64,000 bases of DNA from the human T2T-CHM13v2.0 reference genome, Homo sapiens: assembly GCF_009914755.1 (NCBI RefSeq), contig NC_060926.1. One strand, 5' to 3'. Positions 21,931 to 40,460 of this stretch are shown here, piece after piece (the stretch's first letter is position 1; every line of letters starts with the position of its first letter). The position numbers and the translations under genes were made by a program. The notes beneath the pieces were generated by a model. The model saw nothing but the letters and a program-made list of their open reading frames with translations. It had not been told where the DNA came from and ran no database searches.

Positions 21931-22343
21931 TCAAAAAAAAAAAAAAAGGTTTAAAATAAAACTCAAGGTAATTCTGATAAAAATACATGATAGTTAAGTG
22001 GTTTTTGTTTTGAAAAGTTTCTCAACAAACTTTTTCATGATTTTTGAAACTGCTTTGGAATTCCCTAGAGGTATACTGAAGAGTTACACGTGCTTCCATT
22101 GCATAAGATTTCAACTGCCTAAAAGCACAGTTATCCATTGTTGGTGAGTATAAGTTCGTATGAACTTTTTGGAAGGCTATTTGGCAATATCCTTCAATAT
22201 TTAAAATACACATTGCCTTTGACCCAGCAATTCTAGCTTTTTGTTCTAAGGAACTAATCATACTAGTACTGGAAAATATACGCATAACGATGCTCATTAA
22301 CCCACAATTAGAAACAACTGACATCCATCAATTTGATGGCTAA

Positions 22344-22571
<228 letters not shown>

Positions 22572-22995
22572 TAGCCAGGATGGTCTCGATCTCCTGACCT
22601 CATGATCCACCCGCCTCGGCCTCCCAAAGTGCTGGGATTACAGGCATGAGCCACCTCGCCCAGTCCTAACTCTTAAAAATAATAAGGTGAAAAAGGCATG
22701 AGGGATCTTTGGGGGATGATGGAAATACTCTAAAATTAGAAAGTGATGATGGCTGCACAACTCTGTAAATCTACTGAAAATAAACTGTATACTTTAATCA
22801 AGTGATTTTTAAGGTTACATCTTTAAAATGCTGTCTGAAAATAAGGTAGAATCTTACATACAGACAAAACACCTGTTACATTTCTGAAAGAAAATTTATG
22901 ATCATGATCTGATGTTCATAATTTTTACGTTTGGAAATATCTCAACTTTTTTTGAGAAGAGAATGAAGAAAAAAGAGAAGTTCAAAGGCCTTTCA

Positions 22996-23564
<569 letters not shown>

Positions 23565-23575
23565 TCAGGAGATCA

Positions 23576-23857
<282 letters not shown>

Positions 23858-24241
23858 TCACTTGAACCCGCTTGGGGGAGGGGGGTTGCAGTGAGTCAAG
23901 ATTGTACCAATGCACTCTAGCTTGGGCAACAGAGCGAGACTCCGCCTCCAAAAAAAAAGATTGCTTTTAGGTTGAGTGCAGTGGCTCACACCTATAATCC
24001 CAGCACTGTGGGAGGCTGACTGCTTGAACCCAGGAGTTCAAGACTAGCCTCGTACTCACGGGCGAGACCCAATCTCTATTAAAAATTTTTAAAAATTAGC
24101 CAGGCATGGTGGTGCGTGTCTGTTGTCCCAGATACTCAGGAGGCTGAGGCGGGAGGATTGCATGAACTTGGGAGGTCTAGGCTGCAATGAGCCATGTTCA
24201 TGCCACTGCACTCGATCATGAGTGACAGAGTGAGACCTGGT

Positions 24242-24515
24242 GAAAGAGAAGGAGGAGAGAGATGGGGGAGGACAGAAAGAGAGGGAGAGAAGGGGGGTGA
24301 AAGGGTAAGGGAGGAGGAGGGGAAAGTGGGGGAAGGACGGAGAAGCGGGGGAAGGAGGCGGAAGCGGGGGAAGGAGGCGGAAGCAGGGGAAGGAGGCGGA
24401 AGCGGGGAAGGAGGCGGAAGCGGGGGAAGGAGGCGGAAGCGGGAAGAGGGGAAAGTCGGGGGGAGGGAGAAAGGGGAGGGAGAAAAGGGAAGGAGAAAGA
24501 GGGAGGAGAGAGAAA
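24242..24515. repeat. Polypurine (GA-rich) tract containing a 19-bp tandem repeat
   Basis: Unit gaagcgggggaaggaggcg starting at 24342, 24361, 24380, 24399, 24417 and partially at 24436. Confidence 0.92.
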
Positions 24516-25532
24516 ATAACTGCTTTTATGATCAGAAAGCTAGCTAGAAACTTTCATCTGAAAAAAGCTACCAAAGAAACCCATTCATCATTGCCATCAC
24601 CTATTTTAGATATTTAAGTTACACTGCTGAAATAAAGTCTGAAAATCATGGATTGAAAGCAATCATACAGAACTCAGAACATTTCAAAATAAACAAAAAA
24701 TGTCCTTAGAGAAATGAAGTCTCAAAGTAAGTGTTAAACCTCCTAAATCCACTCCTGGCTATGACAACCGGGGCCAGAGGTGAAGCTTTATGTTAATCTC
24801 AACGAACTTTTTCATGGTCTTCAAAAAGTCCAGAATTTAAGACCTCCTGTGGTATTGTTAAATACAGAATCATGGACCAGGTGAACCATGCTAGAATCTT
24901 AGAGCCACGATTTCTAGTGCCTAACATGGGCACAGCTAAAAAATCTCCTAACGGCCGGTGCAGTGGCTCATGCCTGTAATCCCAACACTTTGAGAGGCCT
25001 AGGTAGGTGGATCACGAGGTCAGGAGTTCAAGACCAGCCTAACATGGTCTCTACTAAAACTACAAAAATTAGCTGGGTGTCGTGACGCATGCCTGTAATC
25101 CCAGCTACTCAGGAGGTTTCAGCCTCCTGAGAATTGCTTGAATCCCGGAAGGCGAAGGTTGCAGTGAGCTGTTATCATGCCACCGCACTCCAGCCTGGGC
25201 AACAGGATCAAAACTCCGTCTCAAAAAAAAAAAAAAAAATTGAGTTCTATCCTGGTATGCAGTGTTACTCAGATTTGATTACATCTATTTTGGTGATTCA
25301 GGGGAACTGTTTTGCCACTCTATTTCCAATATGAATACATAAAGCTAGCATCCTAAAATGTTATAATCTCATTTTTTAAGTAGTATATAAAAAATTAACA
25401 CACATCTATAGGTTAAAAAAAACACTAAGAACAACACTAGGAAGTCTCATTAAAAGACGAATTAACGGTCCCGGGCGCGGTGGCTCATGCCTGTAATTCC
25501 CAGCACTTTGGGAGGCTGAGGCAGACGGATCA

Positions 25533-25799
<267 letters not shown>

Positions 25800-25964
25800 T
25801 TATTTTAGGTAATCGCTGAGAAAGGCTTTAATAAACTTATCAATGATTTTTAAAGTCTTGCATTTTTTTTCCTCAAAAACCTCCCATTTACTACATGAGT
25901 TGATCCCATCCTATTTATAGCAGAGAAATTTGGTTATTTTAAAAGAGAAAACAGAGAGAAATAA

Positions 25965-26193
<229 letters not shown>

Positions 26194-26767
26194 TAGCCAA
26201 GATGGTCTTGATCTCCTGACCTTGTGATCCACCCGCCTCGGCCTCCCAAAGTGCTGGGATTACAGGTGTGAGCCACCGCGCCCGGCCAGAGGAAAGGCAA
26301 TTCTATGTAAATTAAGAAAATGCTGCTCCATGATCAAACCATGAAGAACTCAATGTCTCAAAATTTTTGCTTAAAAGTAACTCAGTGATGTTGGAATTAG
26401 TAGTGATAATTGTACAACGTTGGTATTATTCTAAAAAATACTAAATTGACTGGGCGTGGCAGCTCATCTTATAATCCCAGTACTTTGGGAGGCTGAGGCA
26501 GGAAGATTGCCCAAAGCCAGGAGCTCAAAGCCAGCCCAGGAAACAGAGCAAGACCCTGCCTCCTCAAAAAAATTGAAAAACTAGCTAGGCATGGTGGCAT
26601 GCACCTGTACTCCCAGCTACTTAGGACACTGAAGGTGAAGGGTTACTTGAGTCCAGGAGTTCAAGGCTACAATGAATCATAATTGTGCCAGTGTACTACT
26701 CCAGCCTGAGTGACAGAGGAAGACCCTGATTCAAAAATTAAAAAATAAGTCCAGGTGCGGTAGCTTA

Positions 26768-27049
<282 letters not shown>

Positions 27050-27205
27050 TTAAAAAATAAAACCTTCATGTATATATTTCATCTGTCTGATTATACCATA
27101 CGTATATTTAACATAAATGCAGTGGTTTCTCTCCTTTCTACTTTTTTAAAGATAGGGTCCCACTCTGTCATGCAGAGGCATGATCATAACTCACTGCAGC
27201 TTTGA

Positions 27206-27675
<470 letters not shown>

Positions 27676-29705
27676 TGATCCACCTGCCTCAGCCTCCAAA
27701 AGTGCTGGGATTACAGGCATGAGCCACCGCGCCCGGCCCATTTTTATAATCTTTTTCCCTATACTTAGAAAAAAACTTACAACACTAGAGCAATTATCTG
27801 ATTTCACAGAATTACACATAATTATTCAGGATAAAAAATGCAACTAGCATGGCAAGGCACTATGGCTCATGCCTGTAATCCCAGCACTTTGGAGGTCAAG
27901 GCAGGAGGATCACCTGAGGCCATGAGTTCGAGACCAGGCTGGTCTCGATAAACCCCATAAACACAGATAAACCCCATCTCTTAAAAAAGTAATAATAAAA
28001 TAAAAATAAACTTAGCCAGGCACTGTAGTGAATGCCTAGTGTCCAAGCTACTCAGGAGGCTGAGGTGGGTGGATCGTTTGAGCCCAGGAATTCAAGGTTA
28101 TGGTGACCAATGATCACACCACCGCACTCCAGCCTGGGAGACAGAGCAAGACCCTGTCTCTTAAGGGGAAAAAAATTAAAACTAGGCCATTCCCCCTTTT
28201 GATCCTGAATTAGTACTACTTATGTCCAATTACCGAACCTTTTAAAATATCAGCTTTGATGGGGACAATAGGAAAGAGAAGAAGGAAGGGAGACAGAAGG
28301 AGTGGCTCCAAGTTCCCATATTATTTAGAATACAGTAATTAGTTCAAAATGATTTAGAAGTAGTGCAGTAGAGTAAGACCCGGATTCTAGGACTCTTCTC
28401 AGCAATATGCCCAATCAAATCTTTTAACCTCTGTAGGCCAGTTGCTTCTTCTATAAAATAAAAGTGTTGAGTAGGTTTCTAAAGACACAGCTATCAAAAT
28501 ACTAACACATGAGTTTTGAATCTTGTCCTCCTAAGAATTTTGGCTAAGTTGTGCCTCTTTAAAAAATATTAACGAAAAATCAAAATCAAAGGCTTAAGAA
28601 AGGATAGCACAGCAGCACAAAGAAAAGACTAGATGGACAATTTCCTCAAAGAAAAGTGGGATAAAAATCTCTAGTAAGCTGTATTACATTTCATAATAAT
28701 TTATTTGCTTTAAAATAATTGTGTGTATATACATACAAAATTTATACATATATATAATTTTATAACATGTATGCTACCAAGTCTTTGATCTAAGACCATT
28801 TGAAACAGTTGACCCTTACCGCATTTAATTAAATGGCCACTGGGATAGAAACTAGAAATTTTAGAGCACTTGTAACAGATCATTATTAAGATAATAGAAA
28901 CCTCGGAAACAACTATTACGAAAAGAAAATTAAAGAGGCACATATCTAATATATTAATAGAATTTGGTATAAGGAGGTAACTCCTTTATTATCTCTATGG
29001 GTATTTTTTGTCAGAATTTTCCTCGAAGACCTCAAAAAACCACTGCTTTCAACCAAGTAGTAACATAAAATACTCACGAATAATAATAACAAAGTACTTT
29101 AAAACAAAGTACAGGAGTGTAACTATGCCTACATTTAGAGATTACCATTTTTGAAAACAGGAAAGAAAAAACACTGATGAGCAAGTTTATTTTAGAAGCA
29201 GCAGACTCAGTATTACTTATATAGTTCTATATCATTAAGAAATTTTTAATTGGAAAAAATTTCTGTGAATTTCACATATCTAAGTCCCTAACGAAACTAT
29301 TTTCAGCATCTTTCAGTTACCAAGTTAAGATATTAAAGCACTATGTAGATGGTGTTTATGTAGATTAAATATTTCAAGTTTGCCTGATGGGACTTTCTTT
29401 TGTTGAAAAAAGATTACTTTTTCAGAATATTTAATATATTTTATATCATGTAAGAGATTATTTAAGTTTCTATACTGGAAGATCACAGGCTAAGATTTTT
29501 AGAAAACAGAGCACAATCTGCTTTTAAACACTCTTTCTCCCCCACCCAGAGCAGGAGTGAGTGAAAGTTTATCAAAAAGCTTTAGAGGCTGGGCGCAGCG
29601 GCTCACGCCTGTAATCCCAGCACTTTGGGAGGCAGAAGCGGGCGGATCACAAGGCCAGGAGATCGAGACCATCCTGGCTAACAGGGTGAAGCCCCATCTC
29701 TACTA

Positions 29706-29866
<161 letters not shown>

Positions 29867-30179
29867 CTATCTCAAAAAAAAAAAAAAAAAAAAAAAAAAG
29901 CTTTAGAACAGTAAGGAAAGAAGGACAGAAAGTACAACTTGGAAGAGGGCCAAGTAGGTGACTTGTGTGCCTGATTTAAAATATTCTTACGAAGAATTCT
30001 AACAGGGAAAATATCTGCCCTCAAGCTATGTTTTCAAATAAGTCTCCATTCGACATGAAAATATCCCAGTAAAGGACTATTATTTCCCAGATGAAGAAAG
30101 AGAGGTATAAAGGTTACAGAACAAATAAGCTAGAGAAAAGAGACAGATAAAAAACAAACAAAAAAAATGTCATAGATTC

Positions 30180-30670
30180 TCTAATGGCCATAATTCTTCA
30201 TATTCCAGGATGCACAGGAAACAATGTATAAGATATAAAATGAAATTTTACCTCTCCTCCCCCCAGCAATGGAGTCTACTTCACTACCCCTTTGAATCTG
30301 GGCTGCCCTTGTGAACCGCTTCAAGTAACAGAAAGCAGCACAATAGAATATGGCAGAATTATACTGTGACATTTCAAAGGCTGTATCATAAGAAGTCTTA
30401 CAGCTCCTACTTTTGCCTTCCTGGAGCACTGCTAAGACTACTATTTAAGGAAGCCAATCTACCCTAGTGGAAAATAAGCCATGTGGAGAAAATACAAGGA
30501 GCCCCAGATAACAGCCACTACCAACTGCCACACACACAAGTGCGACCCAGACCTTACCCATCCAGTTCTCAAAGTAAATTCACCTGCATAACTCAGCCTA
30601 CACAAAACTAGCTAAGGAACTGCCTGTGAGAATCATGAGGAATAATAAACCACTGTTAAGTCATTAATAT
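30180..30670 (+). mobile_element. MLT1-type LTR fragment
   Basis: aatggccataattc, ccccttgaatctggg and gagaatcatgag...aataaac motifs. Boundaries approximate. Confidence 0.55.
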
Positions 30671-30920
30671 ATTACCACATAATTGTCTCAATTCCCACTA
30701 TGCCTAGAAATCAATCATATTATCTGAGTTAAGTCTAAGATAGGTTACTACATACTTAGAAATGCTTGCAAAAACATCACTAATAGAGTCAAGCATCTTA
30801 ACTTACAAAAGAAAATACTATTACTTAGCCAGGGGTGGTGGCTCACGTCTGTAATCCCAGCACTTTGGGAGGCCGAGGTGGGCAGATCATGAGGTCAGGA
30901 GATCGAGACCATCCTGGCTA

Positions 30921-31184
<264 letters not shown>

Positions 31185-31586
31185 TCACAGATAATTTGCT
31201 AAGCTTTTTTTTCTTGATAAAAGCAAATTCTGATCTGTAGACTGTTTCTAAGAATGAAATTTAAAATTCCATGTGTTTCTTTTCCCTCAACTATTATTTA
31301 TTAAGAGTCATAAAATAAGCATAGATCTATAGCAGTAAAATGTTTAGATCACTACCAGATTAATTTCTGAGTTCAATGTATAGATCTTTCCTTGATAGGA
31401 TGAACTATGCCGAGCAAATTTTCAGCACAAACTGCTGAAGAAATGCTCTGGAGAAACATTAAATAATTCTGGTGACAATAATGATTTTCCGCCAGCAGAA
31501 AACTGTCTTCATATTTATCAGTAAGAAACAGACTGCGAAGTTAAGACTTGGTATTACTTAAAATTCACACCACCTATTTTACATAC

Positions 31587-32007
31587 CTCAATAGTAGGGT
31601 GAGTATTATGCTTGTAAGCAGTATATAAGGGAAACTGAATTTGAAAAATTTTTGCCACACATAGTAAGAGTTTTTCCTTCTCATCTGTACTCCATAAACT
31701 AAAAGGATCAGAACTCTTTGAAGATTCCTCCTCAGTCAGATTACAAATTCTTGTAGAGTTTGATTTTTTTTCTATTGATTTTTGTCTTTCTGTACTTCCT
31801 TCATTACACTCTCTATCTATATTCAGTGGTTCTTCTGCTTGATTACTCTCATCTTGCCACGTGGAATCTATGTTAATGGTAGTACAATGTTTACAAAGCT
31901 GGTCCCGGAGCACTTGAACTTGGGCAATCACTAAGTTAATAAGTGCACACACTACTTGATTAAAAATCTCCAAATGCTTATATTCCTTGAAGCAGCATAG
32001 ACATTGC
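31587..32007 (-). CDS. USP34: USP34 coding exon 3 (421 nt; QCLCCFKEYKHLEIFNQ...NTHPTIE)
   Basis: ttatag|GCAATG...ATTGAG|gtatgt. Overlaps ORF 31554..31973 and is open throughout. Confidence 0.97.
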
Positions 32008-32582
32008 CTATAAGAGAAAAAAAATTGAATAAATTAGTAATAAAGCAGCAGCTGTATTTTTTAATAATATAAAAAAACAAGTAAGCAAATACTAAGTTAT
32101 TTCTAGACTTGTTTTTATTTTTTCCTTCCTGCTGGGGTACACCTTAATAACATAAAGATAGCATCGCAACAACAACTGATATTTTAGTTAGTGTAAAGTC
32201 ATCATGTTAGGTTTACAGCTATTATCTTCAGTTTTACGTATGGATTTGTCTGTCCTTCTACACATGGAACTATTTAAAAACAAGAATTGTGACATTTTGT
32301 TTCTCCAGTGTCAAGTACTCAATATATGTTTAGCAAGTTATTAGGAAACTTATAACAAAATATCTTATTAGTAAAGCCAGCTGGTTATTTAATATAAGGA
32401 ATTTTGTTGTCAACTAATAAAACAGCCACATTTTTAGATTAATGTCCTTGAAGGCTACTTGGGAGGGGTGCTCTGACGCTATCTGGCAAATCAAAAGTGT
32501 TTAGGAACAACACACACACACTCTCTCTTTCTCTCTCTCTCTCCCCCCCAAGCTCCTGTAAAAAAAAATATATGTGTATTTA

Positions 32583-32887
<305 letters not shown>

Positions 32888-33459
32888 TCAAAAAAAAAGT
32901 ATTACAAACAAATCCAGTTCTCCTTAGACATGTTCAGTTAGTAGCACAATGCCTGGCATATGTAGATAATTAAAAGGATCTCAGCCAGGTGCAGTGGTTC
33001 ACACCTGTAATCCCAACACTTTGGGAGACCAAGGTGGGAGGATCGCTTAAGTCCAGGAGCTCAAGACAACCCAGGGCAACATAATGAGGCCCATCTCTAC
33101 AAAAACATAAAAATTAAAGAATCAGCTAGGCATCGTGGCTTGTGCCTGTAGTCCCAGCTATTCGAGAGGCTTGAGCCCAGGAGGCTGAGACAGCAGTGAA
33201 CCCTGATCATGCCTGAGTGACAGAGCAAAACCATGTCTCAAAAAAAGGCAGGGAACGGTCTGGTGAATCAATAGGCAATTAATACATACGCAAGTACCTG
33301 GTTCTAATAATACTTGTACCAGATGACAGCTAAGCAACTATAATTTATAATCTGCACCCAGTAATAGCATCAGATCAAAACAACTATATTGTAGTCCAAA
33401 TAGATCACCAATGCCCTGTATGATCATGTGGAAATAATCTTATTTCTCCAAGTGTGAAT

Positions 33460-34275
<816 letters not shown>

Positions 34276-34479
34276 AATTATAAATATATATAAATAATGC
34301 ATCACATCTTTTTTATCTGTGGCAAAATGAAAGGGTTTTAATTTTTACCTCCAAGGCCTCCTCCAGCTTTACAATTCTATAGTATCACAACTCCCACAAG
34401 AAGAAAAATAAACACATTTCTCCTACAATTCTTCTGATTAACAGCTTTTTCCTTTGATGTTTAGGAAAAATCAGGTTTA

Positions 34480-34833
<354 letters not shown>

Positions 34834-35309
34834 TCAGCCTGTAATCCCACCACTTTGGGAGGCCAAAGTGGGCAGATGACTAGAGGCCAGGAGTTCAAGA
34901 CCAGCCTGACCAATACAGCAAAACCTCGTCTCTATTAAAAATACAAAAATTAGCTGGGCATGGTGGCACACACCTGTAATCCCACCTACTCAGGAGGCTG
35001 AGGCACAAGAATTGCTTGAACTCGGGAGGTGGAAGGTGCAGTCAGCCAAGATTGCACCACTGCACTCTAGCCTCGGTGATAGAGGGAGACTGTCTCAAAA
35101 AACATAAAAAACTTAGAAAAATCAGGTTCAAAGTAAGAGGTCAGGCCGGGTGTGGTGGCTCACGCCTGTAATCCCAGCACTTTGGGAGGCTGAGGCAGGC
35201 AGATCATTTACTAAAAATGGAATCTGAAAACCCAGAAAACGAACTTGAAGTCAGATTTGGATGAAGAAAGCCAAAGATTCAGCCAAACTTACTTTTAAAA
35301 TAAGTGTTA

Positions 35310-35483
<174 letters not shown>

Positions 35484-35486
35484 TCA

Positions 35487-35621
<135 letters not shown>

Positions 35622-35912
35622 TTAGAAAATGAGCATTAAACTGCTTGATAATGGACCTAAGAAACTGATGATCTTCAAAGACAAAAATTATGTGAACAAA
35701 GTAACAGAAGAAACTGGGTCTGGGTCCTTCCAGATCCAAAATACACAAGTTCAAAAAGGGCTGTGAGTCTAACAGGGGAACACACACGTACACAAATATA
35801 TGTATTTTTTAAATAATTGTATATTACATAAATAATACTTTTTATTCTATTACATTCAATTCTGAGAAGTCTAGGTATATGAATTCTCAATACGGCGTTT
35901 CCCTCTGTGTAT

Positions 35913-36414
35913 CAATGGTTCCCAACCTTTTTGGCAACAGGGACCTGTTTTGTGGAAGACAATTTCTCCAAGGACCCAGAGGACTTTGGGATGATTCAAA
36001 CACATTACATCTATTGTGCACGTTATAGTATCACACTGTAATATATAATGAAATAATTCTACAACTCACCATAATGTAGAATTAGTGGGAGCCCTGAGCT
36101 TGTTTTCCTACAACTAGACGGTACCATCTGGGGGTGACAGGAGACAGCGATAGATCATCAAGCATTATATTCTCATGAAAAGTGTGCAACCTAGATCCCT
36201 CACATGCACAGTTCACAACATGATTCATGCTCCTGTGAGAATCTGATGCTGCCACTGATCTGACAGGAGGTGGAGTTCAGGTGGTAATGTGAGCAATGGG
36301 GAATGGCTGTAAATACAGATGAAACTTCACTCACTCATCTGCCCTTCAGCTCCTGCTGTGTGGCCTGGTTCCTAATTGGGTACCAGTCTGTGGCCCAGGG
36401 GCTGGGGACCCTTG
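35913..36414 (+). mobile_element. MER1A hAT-Charlie DNA transposon
   Basis: TIRs caatggttcccaacc...ggctggggacccttg, degenerate 8-bp TSD ctgtgtat/ctgtacat, internal sequence matching the recalled MER1A. Confidence 0.85.
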
Positions 36415-37758
36415 CTGTACATTGCATCCATAATGCAAGGCGGAAAAGGTGTTTTAAATAAAAATATCACTTTCAGTCAAAACCAGCTTGAATTTTTTTT
36501 AGCTACAAGCTTCACCAAAACCAGCTTGATTTTACACATAAACTTTACTTGTTCTCTATTCGAAATCCTACTACAAATATACTAAAGAACACTCTAGAAA
36601 AACAGAAATAATGAAACAGAAGATGACAGCTATCAACATATTTTGAGTGACAGAAAAGGGAAAAATAGTAAGTAATTCAGAGTGAAGGAAATAAACTTCC
36701 AACTAGCTATGAAATGGATTTACAAAGAAAAAGAAAAATCAACCCCACAGAACACTGGAAAGGCTCAGGACTTAAGAACATAAGATATCTCTAAAGGCAG
36801 GGATGAAGCCTGAGGCAGAAAATAAGACGACTAATGAAAGGTACAATTAAAACCTGCAGGTTCCCATCCTAAAAAAAACAAAATATTATTCCTGTATCAC
36901 CCATGAAAACAAGTTTTTTCTATACATAATGAACAAGATAAACTCAGGAACACCAGATACCAAAGAAGGCAAGTGTGATCAAGAAAATGAAAGCAACTCA
37001 TGCCTGTAATCCCAGCACTTTGGGGGGCAGAGGCAGGAGGATCGCTTAAGCCCAGGAATTCAAGACTGGTCTAGGCAACATAGTGAGACCTCGTCTCAAA
37101 AAAAAACAAAGTTAGGCAGGCAAGGTGCCATACGCCCGTAATCCCAGCTACACAGGAGGCAAAGATAAGAGGATTGCTTGACTCTAGGAGGTCAAGGTTG
37201 CAGTGAGCTAGACTATGCCACTGTACTCCAGCCCAGGTGACAGATCAAGATCCTGTCTCAAAAAAAAAAAAAAGAAAAAAAAACTGAAAGCAAGATAAGT
37301 GAAATATATGACTTAAATGGTAAACCTCCTCAAGTACCCTTCCTATCTGGTAACCCAACCACCAGACTAACATATCTCAAAGCGAAAGATTGAAATATAC
37401 TTCTTTTAAATGTCTTTTTATAGCTCTTACCAAGTTTATTTCTTTCACTCCGAGTTACTATTTGTCCCTTTTCTGTCATCCAAACTATGCTGATAGCTGT
37501 CATCTTTTGTCCCATGATTTCTGTCCTTCTAGAGTGTTCTTAGTTTAGTGTATTTGTGGTGGGGTTTGGAATAGAAAAAGCCCGTTTAGCCCCAACAAGA
37601 AAGCCTACTCACCATTTAACCATCATACAGTAGTGGCCAACATCTGAGATGCCCTGACCACAGAGGCCTTCAAATTCACTTTTTAGTACCCCTCTTATTA
37701 CCATGAAAGGATAACAATAATAAGATATGCGAGAAAAATTTTATCTGCCTTTGGATCA

Positions 37759-38136
<378 letters not shown>

Positions 38137-38526
38137 TTAGAGGAAACAGACAAAATACAAAAAGGAAAAAAAGATTTTAGCTGTAATTTATATCCTGAGA
38201 GATATAAAATATTACGTTACTGAAATAAGAATGAAATGTTATGAAAATATAAATTCAGATTACACAACAGGGCATTTTTTGGCCAGGGAGCCAAAATAAC
38301 AATAACAAAATTCAGAGCACTGTAATGTATGCAAATACATATCATATACCTTTTGTATATATATCATTTACAGTTTAAAAACCAATTAAAATTATAGCAA
38401 TTTGTAAAATTCAACAAAAGGTCCACAAAAGGGAAAAATGAAATCTCCCACAAAATAGAAAAAAATATTAATAATGGAGAGAAAAGGCCTGGTGCAGTGG
38501 CTCACACCTGTAATCCCAGCACTTTA

Positions 38527-38763
<237 letters not shown>

Positions 38764-39157
38764 TCAAAAAAAAAAAAAAAAAAGAGAGAATATGAAAAGG
38801 AAGTAATCAAGAAGGGTACAATATCTGACTAACATAGTTCCAAGAAGTGAGAGCAATAAATATGGAGGTAAGGAAATTATGAAATAAAATTTTCACAACC
38901 AAAAGGCCCACCAAAACAGACAAAATTTCTGAAGCTGAGGAGGGATAAAGATTCTAAAAGCTTTCAGGGAGAGTAATTAAGAGTATCAAGGAGGCCGGGC
39001 GCGGTGGCTCATGCCTGTAATCCCAGCACTTTGGAAGGCTGAGGCGGGCAGATCAGGAGGTCAGGAGATTGAGACCATCCTGGCCAACACGGTGAAACCC
39101 TGACTCTACTAAAAATACAAAAATTAGCTGGGTGTGGTGGCATGTGCCTGTAGCTCC

Positions 39158-39974
39158 AGATACTCAGGAGGCTGAGGCAGAATTGCCTGAACCTGGAAGG
39201 CGGAGGCTGCAGTGAGCCAAGATCGCGCCATTGCACTCCATCCTGGCAATACAGTGAGACTCAGTCTCAAAAAAATTAAAATAAAAAAATAAAAAAACAA
39301 AAGAGGCCGAGTGAGTGGCTCACGCCTGTAATCCTAGCACTTTGGGAGGCCAAGGCGGGTGGACTGCCTGAGCTCAGGAGCTCGAGACCAGCCTGGGCAA
39401 CATGGGGAAACCCCGTCTCTACTAGATACTCAGGAGGCTGAGGCAGGAGAATTGCCTGAACCTGGAAGGCAGAGGCTGCAGTGAGCCACGATCACGCCAT
39501 TGCACTCCATCCTGGCAATACAGTGAGACTCAGTCTCAAAAAAATTAAAAAAATAAAAAATAAAAAAACAAAAGAGGCCGAGTGAGTGGCTCACGCCTGT
39601 AATCCTAGCACTTTGGGAGGCCAAGGCGGGTGGATTGCCTGAGCTCAGGAGCTCGAGCCCAGCCTGGGCAACATGGGGAAACCCCGTCTCTACTAGATAC
39701 TCAGGAGGCTGAGGCAGGAGAATTGCCTGAACCTGGAAGGCGGAGGCTGCAGTGAGCCAAGATCGCGCCATTGCACTCCATCCTGGCGATACAGTGAGAC
39801 TCAGTCTCAAAAAAATTAAAAAAATTAAAAAAATTAAAAATAAAAAAACAAAAGAGGCCGAGTGAGTGGCTCACACCTGTAATCCTAGCACTTTGGGAGG
39901 CCAAGGCGGGTGGACTGCCTGAGCTCAGGAGCTCGAGACCAGCCTGGGCAACATGGGGAAACCCTGTCTCTACT
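39158..39974 (+). repeat. Three tandem copies (266, 271 and 280 bp) of an Alu right arm + tail + next Alu left arm
   Basis: Units start agatactcaggaggctgaggcag at 39158, 39424 and 39695 and end ...tctctact. Confidence 0.93.
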
Positions 39975-40460
39975 AAAATACAAAAGAAATTAGCCGGGCA
40001 GCGTGCACCTGTAGTCCCAGCTACTCGGGAGGCTGAGGCAGGAGAACTGCTTGGACCCAGGAGGCAGAGGATGCCGAGATCATGCCACTGCACTCCAGCC
40101 TGGGCTACAGAGGGAGACTCCATCTCTACAAAATAAATAAATAAATAACTTTAAAAAAAAAAAGAGTATAAAGGAAAAGCACAAAAATAACAAGGGCTAC
40201 TGCTTCTCCAAAGCAATACTGGAACCTAGAATACAACTGATCAATACTTCTGAAATTCTGCAAGCAATTTTCCAATTCTGTATCCAATAAGATCTATCAA
40301 TAAGTATAAGGGTAGGATAGACATTTCAGGCCTGGAAGGTCTAATACACATTTATCTCCCCTTGTATCCTCTCTCAGAAAAGATGTCCTCTACAACAAGG
40401 AAGTGAGCTAAAAAGATGACAAAATGGAATCCAGGAAACTTGGAGATCCAAGATAGGAGA

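Noticed and set aside
24194-24547. 117-aa G/E/R-rich ORF
   Set aside because: It results from a stop-free polypurine tract following an Alu.
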